In this document: in pieces, positions 18,779-27,920 of the stretch
Layout of the letters: every line of letters begins with the position of its first letter
Position numbering within the stretch: position 1 is the stretch's first letter
IMG/VR virus record: IMGVR_UViG_3300046543_000050
Length of the DNA: 64,000 nt
Source of the DNA: a virus
Taxonomy: Duplodnaviria > Heunggongvirae > Uroviricota > Caudoviricetes
Strand: one strand, 5' to 3'
The notes under the pieces: generated by a model
Databases searched by the model: none
The model's input: only the letters and a program-made list of their open reading frames with translations
What the model was told of the DNA's origin: nothing
Made by a program: the position numbers and the translations under genes

Positions 18779-18934
18779 ATGCCTACAACTCACTTCGAGT
18801 GCAATGAATGCGAAGCCGTTTTCGCTGTCAAGCACTCTCTCGACAAGCACTATTACACGGTCCAAAACTGCCCCTTCTGTGGGGCATCGTTGGACGATGA
18901 AAACTATGATGTTGATGACGCAATAGATGAATAA
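18779..18934 (+). CDS. small Cys4 zinc-ribbon protein (51 aa), not in the ORF track
   Basis: RBS GGAGGA 9 nt upstream; MPTTHFECNECEAVF...QNCPFCGASLDDENYDVDDAIDE. Confidence 0.4.
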   Translation: MPTTHFECNECEAVFAVKHSLDKHYYTVQNCPFCGASLDDENYDVDDAIDE

Positions 18935-19172
18935 GACAGTCAAGAAAATCGTAATCTACTACACGGACGGAACGTATCAAGAAGTTGAAGCGATCCAACC
19001 GTTTGTCAATCGACCGATCCAAGGTCCGTTTGTCGCACAACCGGCAAAGGAACCACTCCCATCGTCGCCACAAATCCCGCAAGTAGATACCGACATCTAC
19101 AAATGGATTCCCGGTGAACTTGGAAAGTGGAACTACCCGCCAAGGGACGTTGGAATCAAGATCGTAGACTGA
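18927..19172 (+). CDS. hypothetical protein (81 aa)
   Basis: ORF overlapping upstream stop. Confidence 0.45.
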   Translation: MNKTVKKIVIYYTDGTYQEVEAIQPFVNRPIQGPFVAQPAKEPLPSSPQIPQVDTDIYKWIPGELGKWNYPPRDVGIKIVD

Positions 19173-19183
19173 CGCACTGCATA

Positions 19184-19216
19184 AATACCCATATCTAACC
19201 AATGTGGGTATTTTTG
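19184..19216 (+). terminator. rho-independent terminator AATACCCA...TGGGTATT + T-run
   Basis: 8-bp stem then TTTTTG. Confidence 0.5.
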
Positions 19217-19217
19217 T

Positions 19218-19619
19218 ATGTGGGTATTCGAAGGCAAAGAACAAACTGAGATTCCGGCTGGCACGATTGGCTTCGTGTATCTCATTACCGATCACGTCAA
19301 CAACAAGAAGTATATCGGAAAGAAGCTGTATCACTTTGCCAAGACTAAGCAAGTGAAAGGTGTCAAGAAGAAGTATAAGGCTGAATCAGATTGGAAAGAG
19401 TATTATGGTTCCAATGACGAATTGAAAGCCTTGGTCGAACTCCACGGTCCCGAGAAGTTCACCCGAGAAATCCTGCACCAGTGTCCGAATAAAGGGGCAT
19501 GTAATTATTGGGAAGCGTATGAGCAATTCGTGCGCCACGTCCTCCTGTCGGACGAATATTACAATGGCTGGATCAGCGCAAAAATTACTAAGATGCATGT
19601 TGCCAAATTGCGGAAGTGA
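19218..19619 (+). CDS. GIY-YIG homing endonuclease (Seg-like)
   Basis: GFVYLITDHVNNKKYIGKK GIY-(10)-YIG motif; free-standing between cd and the next gene. Confidence 0.7.
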   Translation: MWVFEGKEQTEIPAGTIGFVYLITDHVNNKKYIGKKLYHFAKTKQVKGVKKKYKAESDWKEYYGSNDELKALVELHGPEKFTREILHQCPNKGACNYWEAYEQFVRHVLLSDEYYNGWISAKITKMHVAKLRK

Positions 19620-19671
19620 TCTGTAGAATGGCCCCACGTCGATCAGGCGACGTTTACAAAGGGGATCAATC

Positions 19672-20181
19672 ATGCAAGTCGTTCCAAAGACATCACAGCC
19701 GCATTTTCAGACCTCAATGGAAGCGGCGTTCGCGCCGTGGGCTGCTGTCGAGAAGTGGTTGCGCAAGGCTGTCGAACATGATCTTCCCATATCAATCAAT
19801 GGGTTGATGGGGATCGAGGATGTGAAGGACACGGTTCGCGACCCTCAACAAATCCGTGACATCATCAACACATTCTTGGCAAAGAAGATGGTCACGAAGC
19901 ATGAACTGTCCGAGGAACAGCGGACAGGAGACAAGCGTGATCGAATCGGCTACAAATGGAATGCCGACTTCAGGGGGGAACCATACCGGCCATCCAACCG
20001 GGTGCTTCAAACCAAGGCCAAGAAGCCGTCCGCGACCGTGACCACTAAGCCAACCCCGCCGCAACCCGCCAAAGCCAGACAAGAGGCTCCCAAGGCCGTC
20101 GAACTGGTGTTCCAAGGTGTGACCATCACCATCAGCCGGAATGAGACAACGGGCAACACCCGTCTCGTCCTCGAAGGCTAA
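19672..20181 (+). CDS. hypothetical protein with Pro-rich linker (169 aa)
   Basis: ORF. Confidence 0.5.
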   Translation: MQVVPKTSQPHFQTSMEAAFAPWAAVEKWLRKAVEHDLPISINGLMGIEDVKDTVRDPQQIRDIINTFLAKKMVTKHELSEEQRTGDKRDRIGYKWNADFRGEPYRPSNRVLQTKAKKPSATVTTKPTPPQPAKARQEAPKAVELVFQGVTITISRNETTGNTRLVLEG

Positions 20182-20198
20182 TCCCGGACCAAACACAG

Positions 20199-20235
20199 AA
20201 CCCCAAACATGAATCATCGTGTTTGGGGTTTTTCT
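20199..20235 (+). terminator. rho-independent terminator AACCCCAAACA...TGTTTGGGGTT + T-run
   Basis: 11-bp stem; TTTTTC. Confidence 0.6.
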
Positions 20236-20236
20236 A

Positions 20237-20266
20237 TTGACAGACAGGTTTGGTTGTCTGTATACT
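20237..20266 (+). promoter_or_regulatory. sigma70-like promoter TTGACA/TATACT with inverted repeat CAGACA/TGTCTG in the spacer
   Basis: ttgacagacaggtttggttgtctgtatact. Confidence 0.5.
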
Positions 20267-20299
20267 TCTTTCCATGCACTGAACAACGGAGATGAACTC

Positions 20300-20692
20300 A
20301 TGAACCTGTTTCGTATCTCGCAAGTCGGTACTTGTGGCATCCACATCGAAGAAAAGCCGTTCGTGGACTATGACGCCGCAAGGCTGTGGGCTGATGGTGA
20401 AGCCAAGTCGAACGGCGCGATTCACTGTGCCGTGGCCGATCTGGGCGAAGCATTCAAGCTGCATGTGCAAGTCACCGACACCTTTGGTGGCGAAGCCAAC
20501 TATAGTTGGGTCCGCAACTACGAAGTCTGGATTCGCAAGGGTACGTCGCGCAAAACCCAGATTCGCAAGGTCAAGGCCGAAGCCGGTTGGACGGGTATTC
20601 GTTGCGAGACGAGCGACCACGGCGACATGATCGAGATGCGTCCGCGTGACATGACGCAAGTGATGTTCGTGACCGAGGAATACTACAACTGA
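20300..20692 (+). CDS. hypothetical protein (~130 aa)
   Basis: RBS acggag; ATG 20300. Confidence 0.45.
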   Translation: MNLFRISQVGTCGIHIEEKPFVDYDAARLWADGEAKSNGAIHCAVADLGEAFKLHVQVTDTFGGEANYSWVRNYEVWIRKGTSRKTQIRKVKAEAGWTGIRCETSDHGDMIEMRPRDMTQVMFVTEEYYN

Positions 20693-20710
20693 ACAAGTTT
20701 GGGAATTCGC

Positions 20711-20739
20711 TTGACACGGATTCCCACGTTTGGTAAGAT
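20711..20739 (+). promoter_or_regulatory. early promoter TTGACA-N17-TAAGAT with GGATTCCCACGTTTGG spacer and upstream GGGAATTC
   Basis: gggaattcgcttgacacggattcccacgtttggtaagat. Confidence 0.55.
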
Positions 20740-20771
20740 TCACACATCGGCAAACAACAGGGGTGACGGAC

Positions 20772-20978
20772 ATGACCAAGATCAAAGAAGTGGCGCGCAC
20801 GAATGAGAATGTTGGCGGCGACATCGGTTGGGCGACGGTGTTCAACTTCGCGGGTGGTCGGTTCTGCGCTGATCGCGCTGGCCGGGTGTATCAGGACTTC
20901 GGCAAGAAGGACGGTTGGGTGGATTGCACGTCGAACGACCGCGTTCGCGAATTCGCAGACGCCCAATGGCTTCGCTGA
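20772..20978 (+). CDS. hypothetical protein (68 aa)
   Basis: RBS ggggtgacgg. Confidence 0.4.
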   Translation: MTKIKEVARTNENVGGDIGWATVFNFAGGRFCADRAGRVYQDFGKKDGWVDCTSNDRVREFADAQWLR

Positions 20979-21160
20979 TCGACGCCCGTAGAGAGTTCGC
21001 GATCCTCTACGAAGAACTCAAAGCGGACTGCAAGCGTGATGGCGGTCATGTAACGAAATCAACCCTCTGGGAAACGTTCATCGAGAATGGTATCGAGAAC
21101 GAGCGGTTCCCACAGGAAGCGGCAAGCTGGAAGATGCCGCGAAGCACTCGAAACGTATAG
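20966..21160 (+). CDS. hypothetical protein (64 aa)
   Basis: ORF. Confidence 0.35.
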   Translation: MASLIDARREFAILYEELKADCKRDGGHVTKSTLWETFIENGIENERFPQEAASWKMPRSTRNV

Positions 21161-21171
21161 GAGAGATTCAC

Positions 21172-21432
21172 ATGCTCAGACTTCCCCCGCAAGACAGCAA
21201 GGTCCGCGAATGCTTCGATCTGTCGCACTTGGCCGAAATGTGCGCTCCCGAGAACCGGCTGAAGCTGCCGACTTTCCGCCAAGCCCTGACGAACGCGAAG
21301 TCGTTCTTCGGTCAGAACAAGGGCGTGAAGGTGGTCAATTCGGTCACGCTGCGCGCCAATGGCGAACTGTGGTTGATCCAAGTCGGCCCGCGTGGTGGTT
21401 GGAAGGTACTCTGGAATTTCGGACAACTGTGA
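21172..21432 (+). CDS. hypothetical protein (86 aa)
   Basis: RBS aggagag. Confidence 0.45.
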   Translation: MLRLPPQDSKVRECFDLSHLAEMCAPENRLKLPTFRQALTNAKSFFGQNKGVKVVNSVTLRANGELWLIQVGPRGGWKVLWNFGQL

Positions 21433-21540
21433 CGGCATTGGTAGTACTTGACAAGGTTCCCGCCTTTGGGTATGATTCATCACATACGGTCTGAACTGAT
21501 TGGCGTATACTCCAAGAACAACCAGCGCGAGGAACCTATC

Positions 21541-21738
21541 ATGTCCATCACCCTGTCTGAACGCGAACTGATGAAGGCCCGCGAGGGCGAATTGAATGAC
21601 GCCGAACGTGCAGTGATCAACGTCACGTTCGACGCACTGTATAACGCCGCCGAATCACGCGGCGTTCGTCTGGCAAAGGATGACCGCGCGGCGGCACTAG
21701 AAGCTGCGATGGTCCGTTTCATTCTGGCATCCCGATAA
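21541..21738 (+). CDS. hypothetical protein (65 aa)
   Basis: Promoter TTGACA 21449 / TATGAT; RBS gaggaacc. Confidence 0.4.
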   Translation: MSITLSERELMKAREGELNDAERAVINVTFDALYNAAESRGVRLAKDDRAAALEAAMVRFILASR

Positions 21739-21786
21739 AAACGCAACACCCATTTCCACCAACGTAGAACCTGAGAGGCACACAAA

Positions 21787-22254
21787 ATGAGCAACCAAGA
21801 CCCGCAAGTCGTAGTCGTGATGGACCCGAACAAGTCGTATGGCGAACAGATGTTGCAGTATCAAGCCAGCAAAATGCAATGGGATATCTGGATCGGCGGA
21901 TTGATCATCAAGACTGTTCTCATTCTCGCGCTGTGCGCTGCCGTGGTCATCGGTCTGGCAGTCTGGGGATCGGGACTCACTGATCCGCACTCGAAGAACA
22001 GTCTCAAGCTCGACGCCCACAATGCGCATGTCGAACTGGACCACGCTCTCGCGGTCGCCAATGCTGGCCCGTCCATCGACGTGCTGAACCTGATGCAGAG
22101 CGCACAGTCGGCAATCGATCAGCACTCGCCGTGGACGAAGGAAGCTGTCGAAGCTTACAACAAGGCCAAGTCCAAGGAAGACGCCGAACGTGCCGCCGTA
22201 GTCGCGAAAGCCCAAGCCAAGGCTGACGAAGCTGACGCGAAGGTGAAGCAATAG
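21787..22254 (+). CDS. membrane protein (155 aa), one TM plus Ala/Lys-rich helix
   Basis: TM LIIKTVLILALCAAVVIGLAVWG. Confidence 0.5.
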   Translation: MSNQDPQVVVVMDPNKSYGEQMLQYQASKMQWDIWIGGLIIKTVLILALCAAVVIGLAVWGSGLTDPHSKNSLKLDAHNAHVELDHALAVANAGPSIDVLNLMQSAQSAIDQHSPWTKEAVEAYNKAKSKEDAERAAVVAKAQAKADEADAKVKQ

Positions 22255-22450
22255 GTCCGACAACGGGCGATGATGGGAAAACAACATCATCGCCCAAACT
22301 TGTAGTTTCTCGTAATTTGGTGTATAATACGAATATTCACTAGGGCTTCACCAACCCTGTCTGAGTAGTTCCTACCTGAGTTACCTCCCTCAAGCTGGAC
22401 CCCATGAAGAAGTAGACAACTAGAAGCTGTAGAAAAGTTTAGAAGAACTA

Positions 22451-23401
22451 ATGATCCTCATTGACTATTCGGGTACGTCGATTACCCAGATCATGGGTGC
22501 GCTACAAGGCGACAACACCAAAGTGATCGAACCTGACACCTTCCGGCACATGTATCTGTTCAACATTCTGGAATGGCGCAAGAAGTATGGCAGTCGATTT
22601 GGCGAGATGGTATTTGCCGTCGATAACAAACAGTACTGGCGAAAGGCCATGTTCCCCGATTACAAGTGCTTCCGAAAGAAGACGAAGGACGATCAGGGTT
22701 ACGATTGGGACATGATCCATCATTGCATGGACGTGATGAAGGTCGAACTGACCGCAGTCTTTCCGTATCCTGTGGTTGATGCATCGTTCGCCGAAGCGGA
22801 TGACGTGATCTTCACGATGGCCGAATACTCGAACCTGAATTCGGGCAAAGAGAATATGTTCGGCGAACGTGAACCGGAACAGACGTTGATCATCGCGTCC
22901 GATACCGATATGGTTCAGTCGCAGATTTACCCTGAAGTCCGGCAATGGTCGCCGTACACCAAGGAACAGGTTCTTCCGAAGTTGGAGAAGTCGAAAGAGA
23001 AGGTCAAGGTTCCTCTGCAAGAGTTCGTTCTGGACCACTTGCTGACGGGCGATGCCGGTGACTCGATCCCGAACATACTGACGGACGACAACTTCTTCCG
23101 CCTGAAGCTGGATAACCCGGACACGAAGTATCGCCAGAAGTCGATCACTGCATCGATCAAAGAGTTCTATCTGAATCAGTGGATGGAACATGGCGAGATT
23201 CGAGAGTTCCGCACCCCGACTGAAGAAAAGAACTTCAAGCGCAATATGCGTCTGATCCTCGCGACAGAGATTCCGCAACGGGTGAAAGACTACGTGCTGT
23301 CCGTGTATCATGATCAGCGTGGTAAAGACCGTTCGATGCTTCTCGATTACTTCGTGCAGCATCGTCTCAAGAACCTGATGGACGAACTGGAACACTTCTG
23401 A
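22451..23401 (+). CDS. rnh: RNase H / FEN-type 5'-3' exonuclease (T4 rnh homologue)
   Basis: MILIDYSGTSI ... VDNKQYWRK ... RQWSP ... match T4 RNase H blocks (ICLIDFSQ, CIDNAKSGYWRR, KQWSP). Confidence 0.85.
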   Translation: MILIDYSGTSITQIMGALQGDNTKVIEPDTFRHMYLFNILEWRKKYGSRFGEMVFAVDNKQYWRKAMFPDYKCFRKKTKDDQGYDWDMIHHCMDVMKVELTAVFPYPVVDASFAEADDVIFTMAEYSNLNSGKENMFGEREPEQTLIIASDTDMVQSQIYPEVRQWSPYTKEQVLPKLEKSKEKVKVPLQEFVLDHLLTGDAGDSIPNILTDDNFFRLKLDNPDTKYRQKSITASIKEFYLNQWMEHGEIREFRTPTEEKNFKRNMRLILATEIPQRVKDYVLSVYHDQRGKDRSMLLDYFVQHRLKNLMDELEHF

Positions 23402-23403
23402 TC

Positions 23404-23823
23404 ATGAAACCTCGCGCCTCACGATATGGATTGGACCTTCAAGGTAATTCGATTCAGCCGAAGGACGGCGAACGCATCCTTCCCGAAGGATCACCGTTAC
23501 CCGAACGTTACAGACCGTGGATCAATGGGTCTGGCTGGTTGAACGTGGCGAAGCTTCATACGCATCCCGGCGCGAATCAGACAGCCCAAGTATTCGGAAA
23601 TTATTGGGCCTATGCGGTCCCCAAGCATCAACCAGTACCGAAGGTCCAACATGAAGAAGCCAAGCCATCTGAAGCGATTCTGGGCGTTCCTGACGTGGTA
23701 TCTGAGTCCACGCCTGAACCGATCCTCGATCCTGTACCAGACATTCCCGCACCTGTGAAGAAACGCCAGAAGCGTAAGTCATTGCTGATCTTCACAAACC
23801 AGATCGTGTTTGATGACGAATGA
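23404..23823 (+). CDS. hypothetical protein (139 aa)
   Basis: Coupled ORF. Confidence 0.45.
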   Translation: MKPRASRYGLDLQGNSIQPKDGERILPEGSPLPERYRPWINGSGWLNVAKLHTHPGANQTAQVFGNYWAYAVPKHQPVPKVQHEEAKPSEAILGVPDVVSESTPEPILDPVPDIPAPVKKRQKRKSLLIFTNQIVFDDE

Positions 23824-23941
23824 GCACCTAAACAAGCTGGCTGAACGACTGGCGGAAGCATACGCCGACCTGATCGACAAGATTGAAGATTGGGTCGATG
23901 ACCTTCCGCCGCCGTTCTCTTGGTTCATCCCATAACAGAAT

Positions 23942-24541
23942 ATGAAAAGAAAATTTGTAATCGCTGATACTCACTTCGGACACAAAGGCGTCTGCAACTT
24001 CATGGCCCCGAATGGGACCGACAAGCTTCGTCCGTGGGACAACACCGACGAGATGGACGAAGCCCTGATTGAGAACTGGAATAAAGTCGTCACTCCCGAA
24101 GATGAAGTCTATGTCTTGGGCGATGTCACGATGAACCGCAAGGCGCTTCCCACGATTGGGCGATGCAATGGCCGCAAGCATCTGATCAAGGGCAACCATG
24201 ATGTATGTCGTATCGAAGAATACCTTCCGTACTTCTACGAAATCAGCGCGTGTCGTGTCCTGAACGGGATGATCCTGACGCACATTCCAATTCATCCGAG
24301 TGGATTGGAACGCTTCGGCGTGAATGTGCATGGTCACTTGCACGCGCACAAGGTCGAGACGGTCTACGAAAGGTATCTCGGCGGCGATGACTCGGAATGG
24401 ATTCAGATTCCCGATCCGCGATACATCTGTGTGTCGGTGGAACAGATTGGATTCAAGCCGGTGTTGCTCGATCTTATTCGAAATCAGATCGCAGATCGTA
24501 AAGCATTGTGGGGCGACGAGTTCTTTCCGAGTACTAAATAG
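23942..24541 (+). CDS. calcineurin-like metallophosphoesterase
   Basis: ADTHFGH, LGDV, GNHD, GHLH motifs. Confidence 0.7.
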   Translation: MKRKFVIADTHFGHKGVCNFMAPNGTDKLRPWDNTDEMDEALIENWNKVVTPEDEVYVLGDVTMNRKALPTIGRCNGRKHLIKGNHDVCRIEEYLPYFYEISACRVLNGMILTHIPIHPSGLERFGVNVHGHLHAHKVETVYERYLGGDDSEWIQIPDPRYICVSVEQIGFKPVLLDLIRNQIADRKALWGDEFFPSTK

Positions 24542-24567
24542 AAAATCTATAAGGACTCACGAACATC

Positions 24568-25239
24568 ATGTCAAACCCAATGCGTTTCACCATTCCCGAA
24601 ATCCTCAAAGCTGTGTCTGAAGCCAAGACCCATGCACAGAAGGTCAGCATTCTTCAGAACTGTGGTACTGAAGTGTTGGAACAAGTTCTTCAGTACAACT
24701 TCCACCCGGACATCACATTCAGTCTCCCGGAAGGTGACGCACCGTACAAGAAGGAAGTCGATCTTCCGGTTGGTAAGTCGCATTCGAATCTGTACAAAGA
24801 AGGCCGACGCCTGTACATCTTCCTGAATGGCTACGCGCCGAACCTGAAGCCGTACCGCAAGGAACAACTGTTCATCGAACTGCTGGAAGGCATTCACTGG
24901 ACTGAAGCTGACCTGTTGATCGCAGTCAAGGACAAGAACCTTGAATCGCTGTATCCCGGTGTGACGTATGAAGCTGCACGCGACGCGTATGATCGTCTTC
25001 TCCCGGCAGTGCCGCCGAAGAAGGTTGCGAAGCCGGTAGTTGTGGCGAAGGAACAGGTGCAAGAAGTTGAACTCCCTTTGGAACTTCCGGTGTCCTCTAC
25101 TCCGACGAAAGTGGCTTCAGTTTCGGATACAGTGACGCCGAAGACGAAAGAGGAAATCGCGCGGGCGAAGAATACGGAAAAGACACGCCTGTATCGCGCA
25201 CGAAAGAAAGCAGAGAAGGAAGCCGCAAAGGTCGAGTAA
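24568..25239 (+). CDS. hypothetical protein with Lys-rich C-terminus (223 aa)
   Basis: ORF. Confidence 0.5.
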   Translation: MSNPMRFTIPEILKAVSEAKTHAQKVSILQNCGTEVLEQVLQYNFHPDITFSLPEGDAPYKKEVDLPVGKSHSNLYKEGRRLYIFLNGYAPNLKPYRKEQLFIELLEGIHWTEADLLIAVKDKNLESLYPGVTYEAARDAYDRLLPAVPPKKVAKPVVVAKEQVQEVELPLELPVSSTPTKVASVSDTVTPKTKEEIARAKNTEKTRLYRARKKAEKEAAKVE

Positions 25240-25363
25240 CCACATGGTTGTTCGGCATCCTGACTACATTATTTGGACGGGACGATTGGACTACAGTCGA
25301 TCCCAATGAAGAACTAAAGGAATGGCTTGATACACGAAAAACACACAACCAAGGCTTTGTTGA

Positions 25364-26905
25364 ATGAACAGGGAATGTCCGTATTGCGCCTCTGCCAAAG
25401 TGCAGAGTCGTGGGACCAAAACAAATCAAGCGGGTAGCACACGTAACCGATACCAGTGCGTGGACTGCAATAAGTGGTTCAGTGTCATCTTGAGTGAAGC
25501 GTATGTCGAACCAGTGCAGGAAGTGAAGGTTCCGCGATTCAGTTCTCCGATGCCGGATGACTATGCGCGATACAGTCGGTTTGTCATCTCGGCAGTCCAG
25601 AACGATACCGAAGTCAACGAGGAATTCTTGCACGCCTTGCAGAACTACTGCAAGGTCAATAAAGCGAAGTTGATCCTTGTGCCGATCAAGTACAAGGCCA
25701 ACGAAGATTCGACGTATGAAGTCGATTCGGAATTGCTGGTTGAGGGCGATGTGCTCTTGTCCAAGAAGCTTCGTCTTCTGGCGAACGTGCAGATCACGCC
25801 GACGATTGCGACGCCGCTGTCAGGTATGGACGAACAAAGCAAGGGCAACAGTCTGATCATCGCGCACCCGCAATTGCAGATGCGAACCCTTGCAACACTC
25901 GATGATTCACCCGCACAACTATGGACCACTGGCGCTATCACGTATGCCAACTATGCACAGACGAAGACAGGCGAAAAGGCGAAGTTCAATCACTCACTTT
26001 CTGCCCTTGTCATTGAAAAAGATCATGATCAATTCTATTGTCGTGTCCTCAATTGCGACGACAATAATTGTTTCTATGACCTCGACCGATACTATGGACA
26101 GACCGGCGTTAGTGCGACGGGCCAAGTAGAAGCCCTGATTACTGGCGATGAACACGCGATGTTCACGTCTGAGTCAGTGAAGTCTGCAACGTACACGGCG
26201 AGTGATTCGATTGCCAACGTGCTGCGTCCCAAGAAGATCGTTCGCCATGACGTGCTGGACTTCTTCACTGGTTCGCACCATCACCAGCATTCGTTCCTGT
26301 TGCAGTACGCGAAGCACAAGACGGCGACGAACATCATCGAGAACGAACTGTCGCTGACGTTGAAGCACATCTCTGATACGACGCCTGAGTGGGCTGAGAA
26401 CATCATGGTCGCGTCCAATCACGTCGAGCACATGAACAAGTGGCTGGACACGATTGACCCGAAGCAAGAAGTCTGGAATGCGAAGCTTTACTATCGCATG
26501 ATGTACCTGATGCTCAAACATATTGACGAGAACGGCATCGACATTCCGAACGCGTTCCAGTTGTGGTGCGAGACGACACATCATGCCTTCAAGTACCCGA
26601 CGCTGAAATGGCTTGGTCGCAATGAACCGTTCAGGATTCATGGCATCGAACTGTCGAACCACGGTGACATGGGTATCAACGGTTCGCGTGGAAGTCCTGT
26701 CCAGTTCTCACGTCTCCCGGACAAGATGGTTGTAGGCCACTCGCATAGCCCCTCGATCATGAAGGGTTGCTACACGGTCGGTACATCGACTGGTCGGTTG
26801 GAGTACACGAAGGGTCCGTCCTCATGGGCGAACACTCACTGCATCATCTACCCGAATGGCAAGCGCCAGTTGATCACAATCATCAACGGTAAGTGGAAGC
26901 TGTAA
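25364..26905 (+). CDS. fusion protein: N-terminal IS1 InsA-type Zn-ribbon plus C-terminal metallophosphoesterase-like domain
   Basis: CPYCASAKVQSRG...RYQCVDCNKWFS; C-terminal GDEH, SNHVEH, NHGDMG, GHSHSP motifs. Confidence 0.6.
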   Translation: MNRECPYCASAKVQSRGTKTNQAGSTRNRYQCVDCNKWFSVILSEAYVEPVQEVKVPRFSSPMPDDYARYSRFVISAVQNDTEVNEEFLHALQNYCKVNKAKLILVPIKYKANEDSTYEVDSELLVEGDVLLSKKLRLLANVQITPTIATPLSGMDEQSKGNSLIIAHPQLQMRTLATLDDSPAQLWTTGAITYANYAQTKTGEKAKFNHSLSALVIEKDHDQFYCRVLNCDDNNCFYDLDRYYGQTGVSATGQVEALITGDEHAMFTSESVKSATYTASDSIANVLRPKKIVRHDVLDFFTGSHHHQHSFLLQYAKHKTATNIIENELSLTLKHISDTTPEWAENIMVASNHVEHMNKWLDTIDPKQEVWNAKLYYRMMYLMLKHIDENGIDIPNAFQLWCETTHHAFKYPTLKWLGRNEPFRIHGIELSNHGDMGINGSRGSPVQFSRLPDKMVVGHSHSPSIMKGCYTVGTSTGRLEYTKGPSSWANTHCIIYPNGKRQLITIINGKWKL

Positions 26906-26907
26906 AA

Positions 26908-26936
26908 CAAAAGCCCGCATTTGCGGGCTTTTTTTA
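26908..26936. terminator. bidirectional rho-independent terminator (A-run / AGCCCGCA-tt-TGCGGGCT / T-run)
   Basis: Between convergent genes 25364(+) and 26934(-). Confidence 0.75.
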
Positions 26937-27443
26937 TTTCAGAAGGTCTGATCGATGACCTTCATATTTGACGGGTACGTGATCATGGTTCAAGACCACG
27001 GTCATACCGCGATGTGTGTATCCGTTATACCCATGATCGACCACGGCGCGTTCAAACGCATTGCTGTCGTCTTCTCCATCATAGACATGCTTCTGGGATG
27101 TCGCACGAATCTCTTGCCGATGCTCTGGCGCAGCTTTCTCAGGATCATAGATGTTGTGCAACGTGGCACTGTGCGCGTGTGGTCCCAGACCTTGTTCGTG
27201 GGTCTTGGGTAGCGTCTCGTGCGGTTCCTTGTTGTAGAAGTACGAGCGTTTCTTGATCCGTTCGTCCTTGGTCCACTGAAGGCGCTTCCCTTCTGCCCCT
27301 TTGATCCCTGTACCGGAATACCTACCATCGAGACTTGACAGGCCCGACTTGTTCGAGTAATGGATTCCGTGGACCGAGACACCTTTCGACGGACCTGTTG
27401 ATTCACGTTCCGTCAGAAATGTTTTGAATGATTGCATTGACAA
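26934..27443 (-). CDS. hypothetical protein (169 aa), the only minus-strand gene in the first 58 kb
   Basis: Late-type CTAAATAAT on the minus strand at ~27466-27474; convergent terminator. Confidence 0.55.
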   Translation of the reverse strand: MSMQSFKTFLTERESTGPSKGVSVHGIHYSNKSGLSSLDGRYSGTGIKGAEGKRLQWTKDERIKKRSYFYNKEPHETLPKTHEQGLGPHAHSATLHNIYDPEKAAPEHRQEIRATSQKHVYDGEDDSNAFERAVVDHGYNGYTHRGMTVVLNHDHVPVKYEGHRSDLLK

Positions 27444-27501
27444 ATCCCCAATGTTGTTGGTATTATTTAGGCTCAGTCAACGAACACAGGGAGCGACAAA
27501 C

Positions 27502-27858
27502 ATGGCACGATTTCTGATTTCCGATTCCGGCAACGACCGGATAGGCCAGACCAAGACGTATGCAGCGGTCCTCGACAACGCGGCCCCGGTGGGTTCGCAG
27601 ACGTTGGTCCTCTCAACCACGTACTCGAAGGCCCGCGATCCCGCTGCACATCAAGTGAAGCAGACACTTCATTTCAAGACGGCGGGCGATCTGGCGAAGT
27701 TCGCACGGTTCTTGCTCGATCAGTCGCAAGCGGTTCCGCGCCGTCCCCAAGCATCGACGCCGCAAGAGGACGACGAACTGAACGAACTCCTGTCACCACA
27801 GACAACTATCGGCGACCTGATTGGCGACAACCTGTCATCCAAGGATGTGACCAACTAG
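27502..27858 (+). CDS. hypothetical protein (118 aa)
   Basis: Promoter TTGACA 27445 / TATTAT; RBS cagggagcg. Confidence 0.45.
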   Translation: MARFLISDSGNDRIGQTKTYAAVLDNAAPVGSQTLVLSTTYSKARDPAAHQVKQTLHFKTAGDLAKFARFLLDQSQAVPRRPQASTPQEDDELNELLSPQTTIGDLIGDNLSSKDVTN

Positions 27859-27920
27859 AAGTTGAAGTAGTACGTGAGATGTGCTAGAAAACGGTTTTCT
27901 TTTCGTATAGGATGAACGCC

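Noticed and set aside
22502-23395. 297-aa minus-strand ORF
   Set aside because: Antisense to the RNase H gene, which has clear T4 homology on the + strand.
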